Assembly (NCBI GenBank): GCA_964016885.1
Contig: OZ024766.1
Coordinates: 19,530,001-19,594,000 of the forward strand
Direction of reading: 5' to 3'
Length of the DNA stretch: 64,000 bases
Source of the DNA: Eledone cirrhosa
Taxonomy: Eukaryota
A program made the position numbers and the translations under genes. Positions 40,723 to 55,659 of this stretch are shown one piece after another. Within the stretch, counting starts at the first letter, position 1. Each line of letters begins with the position of its first letter. Below the pieces are notes generated by a model, which worked only from the letters and a program-made list of their open reading frames with translations, was not told the DNA's origin and ran no database searches.

Positions 40723-43276
40723 CAGGTCCGGAAATGATATAGAGAAAGTACAGGTTCGCAGTGAATATCTCAAGAATTATTTTATTCCTAGTTTTGTAAA
40801 TAACATTACAAATTATACTTAGACGAAGGATGTGGAGTAGTAAATATATATATATATACACATAAATATGTGTATATATATATATATATACACATAAATA
40901 TGTGTATATATATATATATAGAATTACCAATGAATACAGTGAAGAATTTAGTATAAAAGTTGGTGTTCATCAAGGCTCTGTCCTTAGCCCCCTCCTATTT
41001 ATTATTGCCCTTCAGGCTAAAACAGAGGAGTTTAAGACTGGCTGCCCATGGGAACTTCTATACACAGATGATCTAACAGCTGAACTAGATAAGAAATTCC
41101 AAACATGGAAGCATGGCCTAGAATCAAAAGGCCTTAAAGTTAACTTGACTAAGACTAATGTTCTAGTTTGTAGGAAGGAAAATAGGGCACAGGTGCCCTC
41201 TGGGAAATGGCCATGTTCAGTGTATAGGAAAGGAGTAGGTAGAAATTCCATTTTATCTCCCAAATACAAACTATGGGTACATAACAGACGTACTGGGAAC
41301 ACAGGCCAGCTATCTAAGAACGTAGATTTTATATGTGGCTGATGGTCAGGTGCAATAAGTAGCAAGTTCCAGACGTTGGACCTTCAATGTATCCATACCC
41401 AGGAAGGCAAGGCATTTAGAGTATGGTAGATGGTTGATGGAGCGTATTCACTTGGTTGCACGTCTCTAAACAATTTCCAGGAGGTCAATGATCTGAGCAA
41501 GATAGGGGTTCCAGACTGGTGATGCAAATTCTAAGTGTGGCCGCACCATAGCTATTTACAGCTTTAAATAGATAGATAAATGCATGGTCGTACACTTGTA
41601 CACAGCCAGCTTCAGTTGCCAGTCCGTGGTCCATTGCTGCATTGTATCCAGATCTAGTGTTCACGATCTGTCCTTTTTATCTCAAGGGACAGCTTGATGT
41701 CATCTGCATATTTCAGTACTGTGACATACTTTAAGTTGCCATCTATGTCATTAATAGATTTGTAACGGAATTCTCCTATAAATAACCTGGCGAAGATTCA
41801 AAACCGAATCTAAAAGTTCTCGCATCTGGGACCACCTATCGTTGCGAGTTTCCCACCATTGTCCTGTCAAGAGACAACAATGATGAACATACATGTCACT
41901 TGACCTGTGACCCCAGCTTCAAGATAGCTGAAACTCACATGGCGACTCATAAATCAACCCTGTATACACATCCTTCTAGCTATAGGGTTATTATAAATAC
42001 AAGTACAAAGGGAATCCAGCAGCCAGACCACGAAGCAGTAGTCCTTAAGAGAATAACGATATGAAACATTCACATTCTACAGACCTCTTGGTGTCTACAG
42101 ACTTCTACTGACCTCTCTGGACCTTTTACTCTATCTCTCTCTCCTGGCCTTACTGGCTCTCACCTTCTTGGCCACAGACTACACCACCAGACAATAGAGA
42201 CCAAAGCAGCAGTCCTTGAGAGGAATAACAAATACTAAGGATACACACACACTCAGTAGGTTTCATTATACTGTTTACTTCTGTGTTTTATCTATTCTTT
42301 CGTCTTTCTGTTGAATCACCTCTATTGTATCGTTGTATTGATACATACATACACGCTAGCTCGAAGTAGCTAGTCAGCAAATTGATGTAGTGATAATTCC
42401 TGTCACAATTTTTATTACTTGATATTCAATGTAGCAACAAGTTAATATTGTTATTGTAAAATAAACATTGTCAACATCACAATTCTGGCATTATTCTTTT
42501 TATCATTCATACACAAAAGAATACATTTATCCACTACATATGCAACAAACAAAAGGGGACACAAATTTCTACACACATACATTCACATATATATAGCGTA
42601 TGTAAATTCTGAACAATACAGATTTGTCAGCACAAGTCTTGGTTACAACTTCTACAAATAAAATGAAAGGAGAAGAATATCTTAGTAAAACAGTTTTATT
42701 CAAAATATTAACATTGGTGGCACTATTTTGGGTGAGTGATATGGTTTTTATCTTGTCTGATTGTGTTGCATTAAGTAATCTTTACAAGAGAATAATTTAC
42801 CACAGACATCACAGTGATATAGTTCCTCTCCTGTATATGTTAGTGTGTAGTGAAGCCCCAACATTTAGACAATGATTTACTGCAGACATTACAGTGATAT
42901 GGTTCCTCTCCTGTAAATGTTAGTGTCTAGTGAAGCCACAACATTTAGAGAATGATTTACTGAAGACATTACAGTGATATAGTTCCTCTCCTGTGAATGT
43001 TAGTGCCGAATGAAGTGAGTTATTTCAGAGAATGATTTCCCACAGATATCACAGTGATATGGTTTCTGTCCTGTATGTATGTGTTTGTGTCTAGTTGAAC
43101 AAGCTATCATGGATAACAATTTACCACAAATATTACAGTGATATGGCTTTTCTCCAGTATATATATGTTTGTATGAAGGTAAGTAGCAATGAAAGAGAAT
43201 AGCACAGTGGCATGGCTTCTCATATGAATGTATTTGTGTTTAATTCACCATTTTCAGACAATGAGATATTTTTTGG

Positions 43277-44218
43277 TTATGGGTTCTCACCCATATGGGT
43301 ATATTTGTGTCTAGTTAAACTACTTGATACAGAGAATAATTTACCACAGATATCGCAGTGGTAAGACTTGTCTCCTGTATGGGTATGTAAGTGTTGAGTT
43401 AAGTTACTACTTACAGAGAATGATTTACCACAGATATCGCAGTGGTATGGCTTGTCTCCTGTATGTATACGTCTGTGTCTAGTTAAGTGACTATTTTGAG
43501 AAAATGATATACCACAGATATCACAGTGGTATGGCTTGTCTCCAGTATGGGTACGTTTGTGTGTAGTTAAGGTACTACTTTCAGAGAATGATTTACCACA
43601 GATATCGCAGTGGTATGGCTTCTCTCCTGTATGGGTATATTTGTGTGTCGTTAAGATCCTACTTTCAGAGAATAATTTACCACAGATATCACAGTGGTAT
43701 GGCTTGTCTCCTGTATGGGTACGTTTGTGTTTAATTAAGGTACTACTATCAGAGAATAATTTACCACAGATATCACAGTGGTATGGCTTGTCTCCTGTAT
43801 GTATACGTTTGTGTCTAGTTAAGGTACTACTATCAGAGAATGATTTACCACAGATATCACAATGATATGGATTGTCTCCTGTATGTATACGTTTGTGGCT
43901 AGTTAAGGAACTACTTACAGAGAATGATCTACCACAGATATCACAGTGGCATGGCTTGTCTCCTGTATGTATACGTTTGTGTCTAGTTAAGTGACCACTT
44001 TGAGAGAATGATTTACCACAGATATCACAGTGGTATGGCTTGTCTCCTGTATGTATACGTTTGTGTCTAGTTAACTGACCACTTTGAGAGAATGATTTAC
44101 CACAGACATCACAGTGATATGGTTTCCCTCCTCTAGACTTTGGCATCTCTTCTGGAATAGCCATATCTCTAGACAATGTTTCACATTTCATCTTCTTCTC
44201 ACTCAATTTATTTTCCAT
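43277..44218 (-). CDS. C2H2 zinc-finger protein F, 313 aa, 10 fingers
   Basis: Intact ORF, same leader and finger scaffold. Confidence 0.95.
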   Translation of the reverse strand: MENKLSEKKMKCETLSRDMAIPEEMPKSRGGKPYHCDVCGKSFSQSGQLTRHKRIHTGDKPYHCDICGKSFSQSGHLTRHKRIHTGDKPCHCDICGRSFSVSSSLTSHKRIHTGDNPYHCDICGKSFSDSSTLTRHKRIHTGDKPYHCDICGKLFSDSSTLIKHKRTHTGDKPYHCDICGKLFSESRILTTHKYTHTGEKPYHCDICGKSFSESSTLTTHKRTHTGDKPYHCDICGISFSQNSHLTRHRRIHTGDKPYHCDICGKSFSVSSNLTQHLHTHTGDKSYHCDICGKLFSVSSSLTRHKYTHMGENP

Positions 44219-45232
44219 GTTTCTTCTCCCCTTGGCAGAATTTACAGATGTTATTCTTGTCTTATTTTATATATTATATTCCTGAGGATATTTCTTCTGC
44301 TATATTTCCGGCAACGGTGATCTCAGTCAAGATCTGAAGATGATGCAAACTTCTTTCTGATCGAAGTTTAGTTAAGATTCAAAATCATCTTGTAAATATT
44401 TCAGATGCTGATGAAACAATACTTTTCCAAGACACACAGTTCTGAGGAAATATCTCACAGTAATTCTGTCATAGATTTATATAAACAGTGTTATATGAGT
44501 TCTGTATCAAAAGCTTTAGTCTTTAAATGATGATAAATAGAGGGGATGTATTCAAGATTAAAAAATTATTTTATCCCAATGTCATCTGATATTCTGAAAT
44601 AAGAAAGAAACAGTATGAGATAATAGAGAATACTTTAGAAACAGAGATAGATTTAACATTGGAAATTTTATATTTCTATCTTGATAAACTGTAGATATCA
44701 ACTTTCCTGTCCAGAGTTATTCTCTCCAATGTAAGCAGTGATATTCCACGATGCTCTATAAACTATATCCTTCTAACTTTTGGGAGGTCTGCTCTATAGC
44801 CTTTACCCAAGAACTTCATTCTTATATGACATTCTAACATGGTAATTGTCTGAGACCTGAGATGTGTAACTTGACAGTTCCTTGAGTAACAGTTCTTTCT
44901 AACTGGAAGGGGAAAATTGTTGTGTAATTGCTTGGTAACAGTCAAAGGATTCTCACACATGGCTACCCTAGGCACCCCAATAACATGACTTGTGTTAGGC
45001 TTGTAGACACAATTAGGGGAAATTTTTATTCGTAGGGATTACATAATTTTAGGGCTATTTTTTATCTTTTCTGTTTGGATGCCTTTCCACTCATCAACCA
45101 CTTTACAGCAAGGACTGGGTGTATTGTTTGTGGCACTAGAGAGGTTATTTTAATGGTCTTAAGAGCTCATATACATACATATATACATATGTATAGATAT
45201 TTATATATATATACATATACATATATATATAC

Positions 45233-45263
<31 letters not shown>

Positions 45264-46723
45264 CATATAAATTTCACCAGAGATAGAAAACCAGAATTAG
45301 TCATTTAGTTTACATAATGAAACCACAACACATCCTAGTTATTTTAAATGGATGGGGTGAATTAAGAGTAGGGTGGTGGTGTAAAAAATCTGAAAATTAA
45401 ATGAGTGAGGGTGGGGGAAAATTATTTGAGACCTAAGTGAGGGTGGTGAACGATTATTTCATAAAAAAGTGAGGGTGGGGGACAATTATTTGAGTTACAC
45501 ACACATCTACAGAGTTATACACACATCTACTGAGTTACATACACATCTACTGAGTTACACACACATCTACTGAGCTACACACACATCTGAGTTACACACA
45601 TCTACTGAGTTACACACACATCTGCGTTACATACACATCTACTGACTTATACACACATCTGAGTTACACACACATCTGAGTTACACACATCTACAGAGTT
45701 ATACACACATCTACTGCGTTACACACACATTTGAGTTACACACACGTCTACTGAGTTACACACACAGCTACTGAGTTACACACACATCTACAGAGTTATA
45801 CACACATCTACTGAGTTACACACACATCTACTGAGTTACACACACATCTACTGAGTTACACACACATCTACTGAGTTACACACACATCTACTGAGTTATA
45901 CACACATCTACAGAGTTATACACACATCTACTCATATATATTTATAAATAGACACATTATACAAAATAATTATTATATACACTCACATCTATGAATGATT
46001 GAGGAAGAGCTGGTGAAACACTATAGCAATGTGTTTTACACCTTCTGGTTTTACCGGCTACATAGCCTATCCGTATTCTTATATCAGATGTGAAGGTGTA
46101 TTATCTTGTCTAGTATGTATAATGTATGTATGTATATATACAATATATATACACATATATATATATGCATATTTACATGAATACATATATATACACATAT
46201 ATTTATACTTTATATATATATATATTTATACTTTATATATATATATACTTTATATATATATATATACTTTATATATATATATATTTTATATATATATATA
46301 CTTTATATAAATAGACAGAAAATACGGGAAAAATTAGTCAGAAATATTTTAAATATAAAACGGAATAAATTAATGAAAGAAACGTAAAACAGATAAAAAT
46401 TGTTGAAATACCTTGAAAATATAAAATATAGAAGAAAGAGACAGGAATTGATTGAGTTTGAAGTAAATTAATGAATGAACGAAAGTAGGTGGGGCAGGAA
46501 CAGGAAGTAAAGACAGTAGAGCCTCGCAGTGAATGGTAAGGTTTAGAGTAAGAATTATTTTATTCCTGGTTGTATAAATAACATTACAAATTATACTGAT
46601 ACGAATAATGTGCTGGAGTAAATATATATATATATATGCAAAGTTTTATTTAAATTGTTGGGTTACAACGAGTAAATATTTATAACTGATATAAAAGCAC
46701 TCAACAAGTATTTGGAGTATATT

Positions 46724-47058
46724 TACGATATTAAATAAATGGAAACTATATTTATAAAACCATATATATTTCAGGGATATCACATTAAAAATATGGTATG
46801 CCTTCTTCAGACAAAATACAATATAAACAGTCTTAAAAATAGATAGATTTGACATACCTTTCAACTTCATTTTCCAAATCAACTTTTTAAATGGAAGATG
46901 AAGTTGAAAGGTATGTCAAATCTATCTATTTATAAGACTGTTTATATTGTATTTTGTCTGAAGAAGGCATACCATATTTTTAATGTGATATCCCTGAAAT
47001 ATATATAATGAAATAAATATGGTTTTATAAATATAGTTTCCATTTATTTAATATCGTA
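46724..47058. repeat. Long near-perfect inverted repeat (arms about 153/167 bp, 15-nt loop)
   Basis: 46724-46876 is the reverse complement of 46892-47058 apart from a few mismatches and a ~14-nt insertion. Confidence 0.93.
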
Positions 47059-47244
47059 TATATATATATATATATTTATATACATATATTTATTTATATA
47101 TATATAAATCTCAAGTCCGAACATCAAGTACAGTCTCGCAGTGAATGGTAAGGATTAGGGGAATAATTATTTTATTCCTGGTTGTATAAATAACATTAAA
47201 AATATCAAATAGATAAAAAAATATATATGTACACATATATTTTA

Positions 47245-47277
<33 letters not shown>

Positions 47278-47279
<2 letters not shown>

Positions 47280-47570
47280 CATCATCATCATCATCATCAA
47301 CGTTTAACGTCCGTGTTCCACGCTTGCATGGGTTTGGACGGGGGTAGTCCCACTTGAGGCAAGAGTGATTGTCTTGCTCGCATAGGACTGTCTGGCAGGT
47401 TTTCTACAGTTGGATGCCCTTCCTAACACCAACCACATTTACAGTGTGGGTCTGGGAGGTTTTTACCGTGTTGCCTACACGGCCACATTACAGCGTGGAC
47501 TGTGTGTTTTTTTGTCGTGACACCTACACGATCTCATTTGTTTCGGCCTCGATGGCGCGGCACCAACATA
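47278..47570 (-). mobile_element. RTE-tailed SINE fragment
   Basis: (CAT)n tail, gtttaacgtccg, ttggatgcccttcctaacaccaacc. Confidence 0.75.
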
Positions 47571-47669
47571 ACTTTACATAGAACGGGGTGGTCTGGGTCG
47601 GGTGGGGGTGGTGGGACGGGGTGTATTTGTTAGAGATGCCTACTGGCTGGAGTAGGTTTTACTATATAT

Positions 47670-47820
47670 TTAGGTAAGGCGGGTCTTCTCTGTTACTGAG
47701 TACCGCCAAAGGTCTCGGTCCAGTGACATTGTCTTGGAGAGGTGTAAGTGTGTGATGTCGGAGTTTATCAGCTCGTCCCAGGTTTTTCTAGGTCTGCCTA
47801 TTCCGTGACTACCGTCTATC
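47670..47820 (-). mobile_element. Short RTE LINE 3' fragment
   Basis: GIGRPRKTWDELI..DRDLWRYSV.EKTR*, homologous to the end of 10307-10687. Confidence 0.8.
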
Positions 47821-48817
47821 TTTATATCTATATATATATATACGTAAACACACATGCTCTATGGTGCAACACAAAAAATATGTGTATATATATATATAGT
47901 GAATATATGTATATATATATACATATATTGAATATATATATATATATAGTGAATATCATTTCACACCTTTTATTGTTAAGATTTTTGATGTTCTATTAAG
48001 AGAACCGATTTTACTGAAAATATCGAATAATGTACACCATTTTACCAGGGAAAAAATACTGGTCCACCCAGCCACACCACACACACACATATATAGACAC
48101 ACACACACACGCGTACATTAACATACAAAGAGACTTATACACACACACACACACACACTTCTCCGTATAAGACAAAAGCTGAAAAATATCTTTTGACATG
48201 CTAAAATACCCCCCACTGCTTACAGACACATTCCTACTGACCATCCCGCTACCATGAATTACTCTGCTATACACACACACACACACTTATCTTAATAGCC
48301 AATTGACACACATCCCTGCTAACCATTATCACAACATCGAACACTTTACTACTACTACACACACACACACATATTTGTTGTGAAAGAGACATTTCTCAGT
48401 CTTGGCGCAAAATCAATTTTTTATTCACATGACCTCTACCGACCAATCAAAATTGTTTGGACCACAAGAATTTTTGCAACACCAAATAGTGCTGGAGCCA
48501 CTTTTTTAGCATAAAAACAGGTAGAATTCCCAAAACTAATCAGATCAGAGCAAACAACACGGACACTCTATCTCAAAATTATTTTTGAAAAGTATCTAGA
48601 AATGCGCAATCGGTAATAACTTAAAAACACAACTGAATACTAACCCATACAATTACTAATACTCTTTTATTCCTAATTAAACCATCTTTAAACTGTGAAC
48701 AATTTGTCAGCATTTTCTAACCTGTTTACAAATAAATAAATAAATAAAATAAATAAATAAATAAAAATAAACAAACAAACAAACAAACAAATAAATAAAT
48801 AAATATATATATATATA

Positions 48818-49085
48818 TGGCTTAATTGTTAGAGCATTGGCCTTGCAATGGAAAGGTTGTGAGCTCAATTCTCAGACCAGGTGGTGTGTTTTTTCCTTGA
48901 GCAAGACACTTTATTTCACATTGCTCCAGTTTACTCAGCTGTAGAAATGAGATGATAGGACTGGGGTCCATATAATTCCACTGCAAAAAAGCACCCAGCA
49001 CTCACTGTAAATGAGGTTGGTGTTAGGAAGGGCATCCAGCTGTAGAAATCAAGCCAGAATCAGTTCCCATCCCGCCCTTGCAAGC
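48818..49085 (+). mobile_element. tRNA-headed SINE with CORE/Meta-like domain; 3' end lost by deletion
   Basis: A box-like tggcttaattg, B box-like gagctcaattct, tccttgagcaagacacttta, ggttggtgttaggaagggcatccagc. Confidence 0.8.
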
Positions 49086-50537
49086 CGAATCTAAAAGTTC
49101 TTGCATCTGGGACCACCTATCGTGGCGAGTTTCCCACCATTGTCCTGTCAAGAGACAACAATGATGAACATACATGCCACTTGACCTGTGACCCCAGCTT
49201 CAAGATAGCTGAACCTCACATGGCTACTCATAAATCAACCCTGTATACACATCCTTCTAGCTATAGGGTTATTATAAATACAAGTACAAAGGGAATCCAG
49301 CAGCCAGACCACGAAGCAGTAGTCCTTAAGAGAATAATGATGTGAAACATTCACATTCTACAGACCTCTTGGTGTCTACAGACTTCTACTGACCTTTTAC
49401 TCTATCTCTCTCCTGGCCCTCACCTTCTCGGCCACAGACTACGCCACCAAAGAAGAGAGACCGAAGCAGCAGTCCTTGAGAGGAATAACAAATACTAAGG
49501 ATACACACACACTCAGTAGGTTTCATTATACTGTTTACTACTGTTTTTTATCTATTCTTTTGTCTTCCTGTTGAATCACTTCTATTGTATCGTTGTATTG
49601 ATACATACATACACGCTAGCTCGAAGTAGCTAGTCAGCAAATTGATGTAGTGATAATTCCTGTCACAATTTTTATTACTTGATATTCAATGTAGTAACAA
49701 GTGAATATTGTTATTGTAAAATAAACATTGTTAACATCACAATTCTGGCATTATTCTTTTTATCATTCATACACAAAAGAATACATTTATCCACTACATA
49801 TGCAACAAACAAAAGGGGACACAAATTTCTACACACATACATTCACATATATATAGCGTATGTAACTTCTGAACGATACAGATTTGTCAGCACAAGTCTT
49901 GGTTACAACTTCTACAAATAAAATGAAAGGAGAAGAATTTCTTAGTAAAACAGTTTTATTCAAAATGTTAACATTGGTGGCACTATTTTGGGTGAGTGAT
50001 ATGATTTTTATCTTGTCTGATTGTGTTGCATTAAGTAATTTTTACAAGAGAATGATTTACCACAGACATCACAGTGATATAGTTCCTCTCCTGTATATGT
50101 TAGTGTGTAGTGAAGCCACAACATTTAGACAATGATATACCACAGACATCACAGTGATATAGTTCCTCTCCTGTATATGTTAGTGTCTAGTGAAGCCCCA
50201 ACATTTAGACAATGATTTACTGCAGACATCACAGTGATATGGTTCCTCTCCTGTATATGTTAGTGCCGAATGAAATGAGTTATTTCAGAGAATGATTTCC
50301 CACAGATATCACAGTGATATGGTTTCTCTCCTGTATGCATATGTTTGTGTCTAGTTGAACAAGCTATCATGGATAACAATTTACCACAAATATTACAGTG
50401 ATTGGCTTTTCTCCAGTATATATATGTTTGTATGAAGTTAATGCAGCAATGAAAGAGAATAGCACAGTGGCATGGCTTCTCATATGAATGTATTTGTGTT
50501 TAATTCACCATTGTCAGACAATGAGATATTTTTTTTG

Positions 50538-52655
50538 TTATGGGTTCTTACCCGTATGAGTATATTTGTGTCTAGTTAAACTACTTGATACAGAGAATAA
50601 TTTACCACAGATATCACAGTCGTATGGCTTGTCTCCTGTATGGGTACGTAAGTGTTTAGTTAAGTAACTACTATCAGAGAATGATTTACCACAGATATCA
50701 CAGTGGTATGGCTTGTCTCCTGTATGCATACGTTTGTGGCAAGTTAAGTTGCTACTTTGAGAGAATGATTTACCACAGATTTCGCAGTGGTATGGCTTGT
50801 CAGCTGTATGTATATGTTTGTGTTGAGTTAAGGTACTACTAACAGAGAATGATATACCACAGATATCACAGTGGTATGGCTTGTCTCCTGTATGTATACG
50901 TACGTGTGTATTTAAGTGAGTACTTCGAGAGAATGATTTACCACAGATATCACAGTGGTGTGGCTTGTCTCCTGTATGCATACGTTTGTGGCAAGTTAAG
51001 TTGCTACTTTGAGAGAATGATTTGCCACAGATTTTGCAGTGGTATGGCTTGTCTGCTGTATGTATATGTTTGTGTCTAGTTAAGGTACTACTAACAGAGA
51101 ATGATTTACCACAGATATCACAGTGGTGTGGCTTGTCTCCTGTATGTATACGTTTGTGTGTAGTTAAGTGGCTACATTGAGAGAATGATTTACCACAGAT
51201 TTCGCAGTGGTATGGCTTCTCTCCTGTATGTATACGTTTGTGTTTAGTTAAGTGACTACTATCAGAGAATGATATACCACAGATATCACAGTGGTATGGT
51301 TTGTCTCCTGTATGTATACGTTTGTGTGTAGTTAAGTGACTACTATCAGAGAATGATTTGCCACAGATATCGCAGTGGTATGGCTTGTCTCCTGTATGTA
51401 TACGTTTGTGGCAAGTTAAGGTACTACTAACAGAGAATGATTTACCACAGCTATCGCAGTGGTATGGCTTGTCACCTGTATGTATACGTTTGTGTGGAAT
51501 TAACTGACCACTTTTAGAGAATGATTTACCACAGACATCACAGTGGTATGGCTTGTCTCCTGTATGGGTACGTAAGTGTGAAGTTAAGGTACCACTTTCC
51601 GAGAATGATTTACCACAGATATCACAGTGGTATGGCTTGTCTCCTGTATGTATACGTTTGTGTCTAGTTAAGGTACTACTAACAGAGAATGATATACCAC
51701 AGATATCACAGTGGTATGGCTTGTCCCCTGTATGTATACGTATGTGTGTAGTTAAGTGACTACTATCAGAGAATGATTTACCACAGATATCACAGAGGTG
51801 TGGCTTCACTCCTGTATGTATACGTTTGTGGCAAGTTAAGTTGCTACTTTGAGAGAATGATTTACCACAGATTTCGCAGTGGTATGGCTTGTCTGCTGTA
51901 TGTATATGTTTGTGTTTAGTTAAGGTACTACTATCAGAGAATGATATGCCACAGATATCACAGTGATATGGCTTGTCTCCTGTATGTATATGTTTGTGGC
52001 AAGTTAAGTGGCTACTTTGAGAGAATGATTTACCACAGATATCACAGTGGTGTGGCTTCTCTCCTGTATGTGTACGTTTGTGTCTAGTTAAGTGGCTACT
52101 TTGAGAGAATGATTTACCACAGATATCGCAGTGGTATGGCTTGTCTCCTGTATGTGTACGTTTGTGTGGAATTAACTGACCATTTTGAGAGAATGATTTA
52201 CCACAGATATCACAGTGGTATGGCTTGTCTCCTGTATGTATATGTTTGTGGCTAGTTAAGGTACTCCTAACAGAGAATGATTTACCACAGATTTCGCAGT
52301 GGTATGGCTTGTCTCTTGTATGTATACGCTTGTGGCAAGTCAAGTTACTACTATCAGAGAATGATCTACCACAGATATCACAGTGGTAAGGCTTGTCTCC
52401 TGTATGTATACGTTTGTGTCTAGTTAAGTCACTACTTTGAGAGAATGATTTACCACAGATATCACAGTGGTATGGTTTGTCTCCTATATGTGTACGTTTG
52501 TGTGGAATTAACTGACCATTTTGAGAGAATGATTTACCACAGACATCACAGTGATATGGTTTCCCTCCTCTAGACTTTGGCATCTCTGCTGGAATAGCCA
52601 TATCTCTAGACAATGTTTCACATTTACTCTTCTTCTCACTCAATTTAGTTTCCAT
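50538..52655 (-). CDS. C2H2 zinc-finger protein G, 705 aa, 24 fingers
   Basis: Intact ORF, same leader and finger scaffold. Confidence 0.95.
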   Translation of the reverse strand: METKLSEKKSKCETLSRDMAIPAEMPKSRGGKPYHCDVCGKSFSQNGQLIPHKRTHIGDKPYHCDICGKSFSQSSDLTRHKRIHTGDKPYHCDICGRSFSDSSNLTCHKRIHTRDKPYHCEICGKSFSVRSTLTSHKHIHTGDKPYHCDICGKSFSQNGQLIPHKRTHTGDKPYHCDICGKSFSQSSHLTRHKRTHTGEKPHHCDICGKSFSQSSHLTCHKHIHTGDKPYHCDICGISFSDSSTLTKHKHIHTADKPYHCEICGKSFSQSSNLTCHKRIHTGVKPHLCDICGKSFSDSSHLTTHIRIHTGDKPYHCDICGISFSVSSTLTRHKRIHTGDKPYHCDICGKSFSESGTLTSHLRTHTGDKPYHCDVCGKSFSKSGQLIPHKRIHTGDKPYHCDSCGKSFSVSSTLTCHKRIHTGDKPYHCDICGKSFSDSSHLTTHKRIHTGDKPYHCDICGISFSDSSHLTKHKRIHTGEKPYHCEICGKSFSQCSHLTTHKRIHTGDKPHHCDICGKSFSVSSTLTRHKHIHTADKPYHCKICGKSFSQSSNLTCHKRMHTGDKPHHCDICGKSFSRSTHLNTHVRIHTGDKPYHCDICGISFSVSSTLTQHKHIHTADKPYHCEICGKSFSQSSNLTCHKRMHTGDKPYHCDICGKSFSDSSYLTKHLRTHTGDKPYDCDICGKLFSVSSSLTRHKYTHTGKNP

Positions 52656-53644
52656 GTTTCTTCTACCCTTGGCAGAATTTACAGATGTTATTATATTATT
52701 ATATTTATTTATATATTATTCTTGTCTTATTTTATATATTATATTCCTGAAGATATTACTTCTGCAATATTTCCGTCAACAGTGATCTCAGTCAAGATCT
52801 GAAGATGATGCAAAGTTCTTTCTGATCCAAGTTTAGTTAAGATTCAAAATCATTTTGTAAATATTTCAGATGCTGATGAAACAATACTTTTCCAAGAATT
52901 TTTCCAAGACGCACAGTTCTGAGGAAATATTTCACACTAATTCTGCCATAGATTTATATAAACAGTGTTATATGAGTTCCGTATCAAAAGCTTTAGTCTT
53001 GAAATGATGATAAATAGAGGGGATGTATTCAAGATTAGAAAATAATTTTATCCCAATGTCATCTGATATTCTGAAATAAGAAAGAAACAGTATGAGATAA
53101 TAGAGAATACTTTAGAAACAGAGATAGATTTAACATTGGATATTTCATATTTCGATATTGATAAACTGTAGATATCAACTTTCCTGTCCAGAGTTATTCT
53201 CTCCAATGTAAGCAGTGATATTCCACGATGCTCTATAAACTATATCCTTCTAACTCTTGGGAGGTCTGCTCTATAGCCTTTACCCAAGAACTTCATTCTT
53301 ATATGACATTCTAACATGGTAATTGTCTGAGACCTGAAATGTGTAACTTGACAGTTTCTTGAGTAACAGTTCTTTCTACCTGGAAGGGGAAAAGTGTTGT
53401 GTAATTGCTTGATGACAGTCAAAGGATTCTCACACATGGCTACCCTAGGCACCCCAATAACATGACTTGTGTTAGGCTTGTATACACAATTAGTGGGAAT
53501 TTTTATTCGTAGGGATTACATAATTTTAGCGCTATTTTTTCTTTTTCTGTTTGGATGCCTTTCCTCTCATCAACCACTTTACAGCAAGGACTGGGTGTAT
53601 TGTTTGTGGCACTAGAGAGGTTATTTTAATGGTCTTAAGAGCTC

Positions 53645-53680
<36 letters not shown>

Positions 53681-53768
53681 ACATATGTATAGATATTTAT
53701 ATATATATACATATGTATATATACATATATATATATACATATATGTATAGATATTTATATATATATAC

Positions 53769-53813
<45 letters not shown>

Positions 53814-55027
53814 CATATAAATTTCACCAGAGATAGAAAACCAGAATTAGTCATTTAGTTTACACAATGAGACCACAACCCATCCTATTTATTTTAAATG
53901 GGTGGGGTGAATTACGAGAGGGGTGGTGTTGAAAAAAATCTGAAAATTAAATGAGTGAGGGTGGGGGAAAAATATTTGAGACCTAAACGAGGGTCGGGGA
54001 CAATTATTTGAGACCAAAGTGAGGGGGGTGAACGATTATTTCAGAAAAAAGTGAGGATGGGGGACAATTACTTGAGCTACACACACATCTACAGAGTTAC
54101 ACACACATCTACTGAGTTACATACACATCTACTGAGTTACACACATCTACTGAGTTATACCCACATCTACTGAGTTACACACACATCTACTTAGTCACAC
54201 ACACATCTACTGAGTTACACAGACATCCACTGAGTTACACACACATCTACTGAGTTACACACACATCTACTGAGTTACACACACATCTACTGAGTTATAC
54301 ACACGTCTACTGAGTTACACACACATCTACTGAGTTACACACACATCCACTGAGTTACACACACATCTACTGAGTTACACACACATCTACTGAGTTACAC
54401 ACACATCTACTGAGTTACATACACATCTACTGAGTTATACACACATCTACTGAGTTACACACACATCTACTGAGTTATACACACGTCTACTGAGTTACAC
54501 ACACATCTACTGAGTTACACACACATCTACTGAGTTATACACACATCTACTGAGTTACACACACATCTACTGAGTTATACACACATCTACAGAGTTATAC
54601 ACACATCTACTGAGTTATACACACATCTACTCATACATATTTATAAATAGACACATTATACAAAATAATTATTATATACACTCACATCTATGAATGATTG
54701 AGGAAGAGCTGGTGAAACACTATAGCAATGTGTTTCACCCCTTTTGGTTTTACCGGCTACATAGCCTATCCGTATTCTTATATCAGATGTGAAGGTGTAT
54801 TATCTTGTCTAGTATGTATAATGTATGTATGTATATATACAATCTATATACACATATATATATGCATATATACATGAATACATATATATATATAGACATA
54901 TATATATACCTTATATATATATATACTTTATATATATATATATACTTTATATATATACTTTATATATATATATATACTTTATATATATATATTTATATAT
55001 ACTTTATATATATATATATATATACTT

Positions 55028-55060
<33 letters not shown>

Positions 55061-55428
55061 ATACTTTATATATATACATATATATACTTTATATATATAA
55101 AGTATATATAAATATTTAGACAGAAAATACGGGAAAAATTAGTCAGAAATATTTTAAATATAAAACGGAATAAATTAATGAAAGAAACGTAAAACAGATA
55201 AAAATTGTTGAAATACCTTGAAAATATAAAATATAGAAGAAAGAGACAGGAATTGATTGAGTTTGAAGTAAATTAATGAATGAACGAAAGTAGGTGGGGC
55301 AGGAACAGGAAGTAAAGACAGTAGAGTCTCGCAGTGAATGGTAAGGTTTAGCGTAAGAATTATTTTATTCCTGGTTGTATAAATAACATTACAAATTATA
55401 CTGAGACAAATAATGTGCTGTAGTAAAT

Positions 55429-55486
<58 letters not shown>

Positions 55487-55659
55487 ATTGGTAAAATATG
55501 ACGTTCGGGAAATTGAAACTAGTTTTTCTGACAAGTGAATGTGTTTGTTTTTTGTTTTTTTACAATGAAATTTACGATACACTCTTTGTTTATTTACAAC
55601 AGGTCTCTATAGTGATATGGTGTTAATTAGTATTGCGTGTGTGATTATTTTCTCTTATA

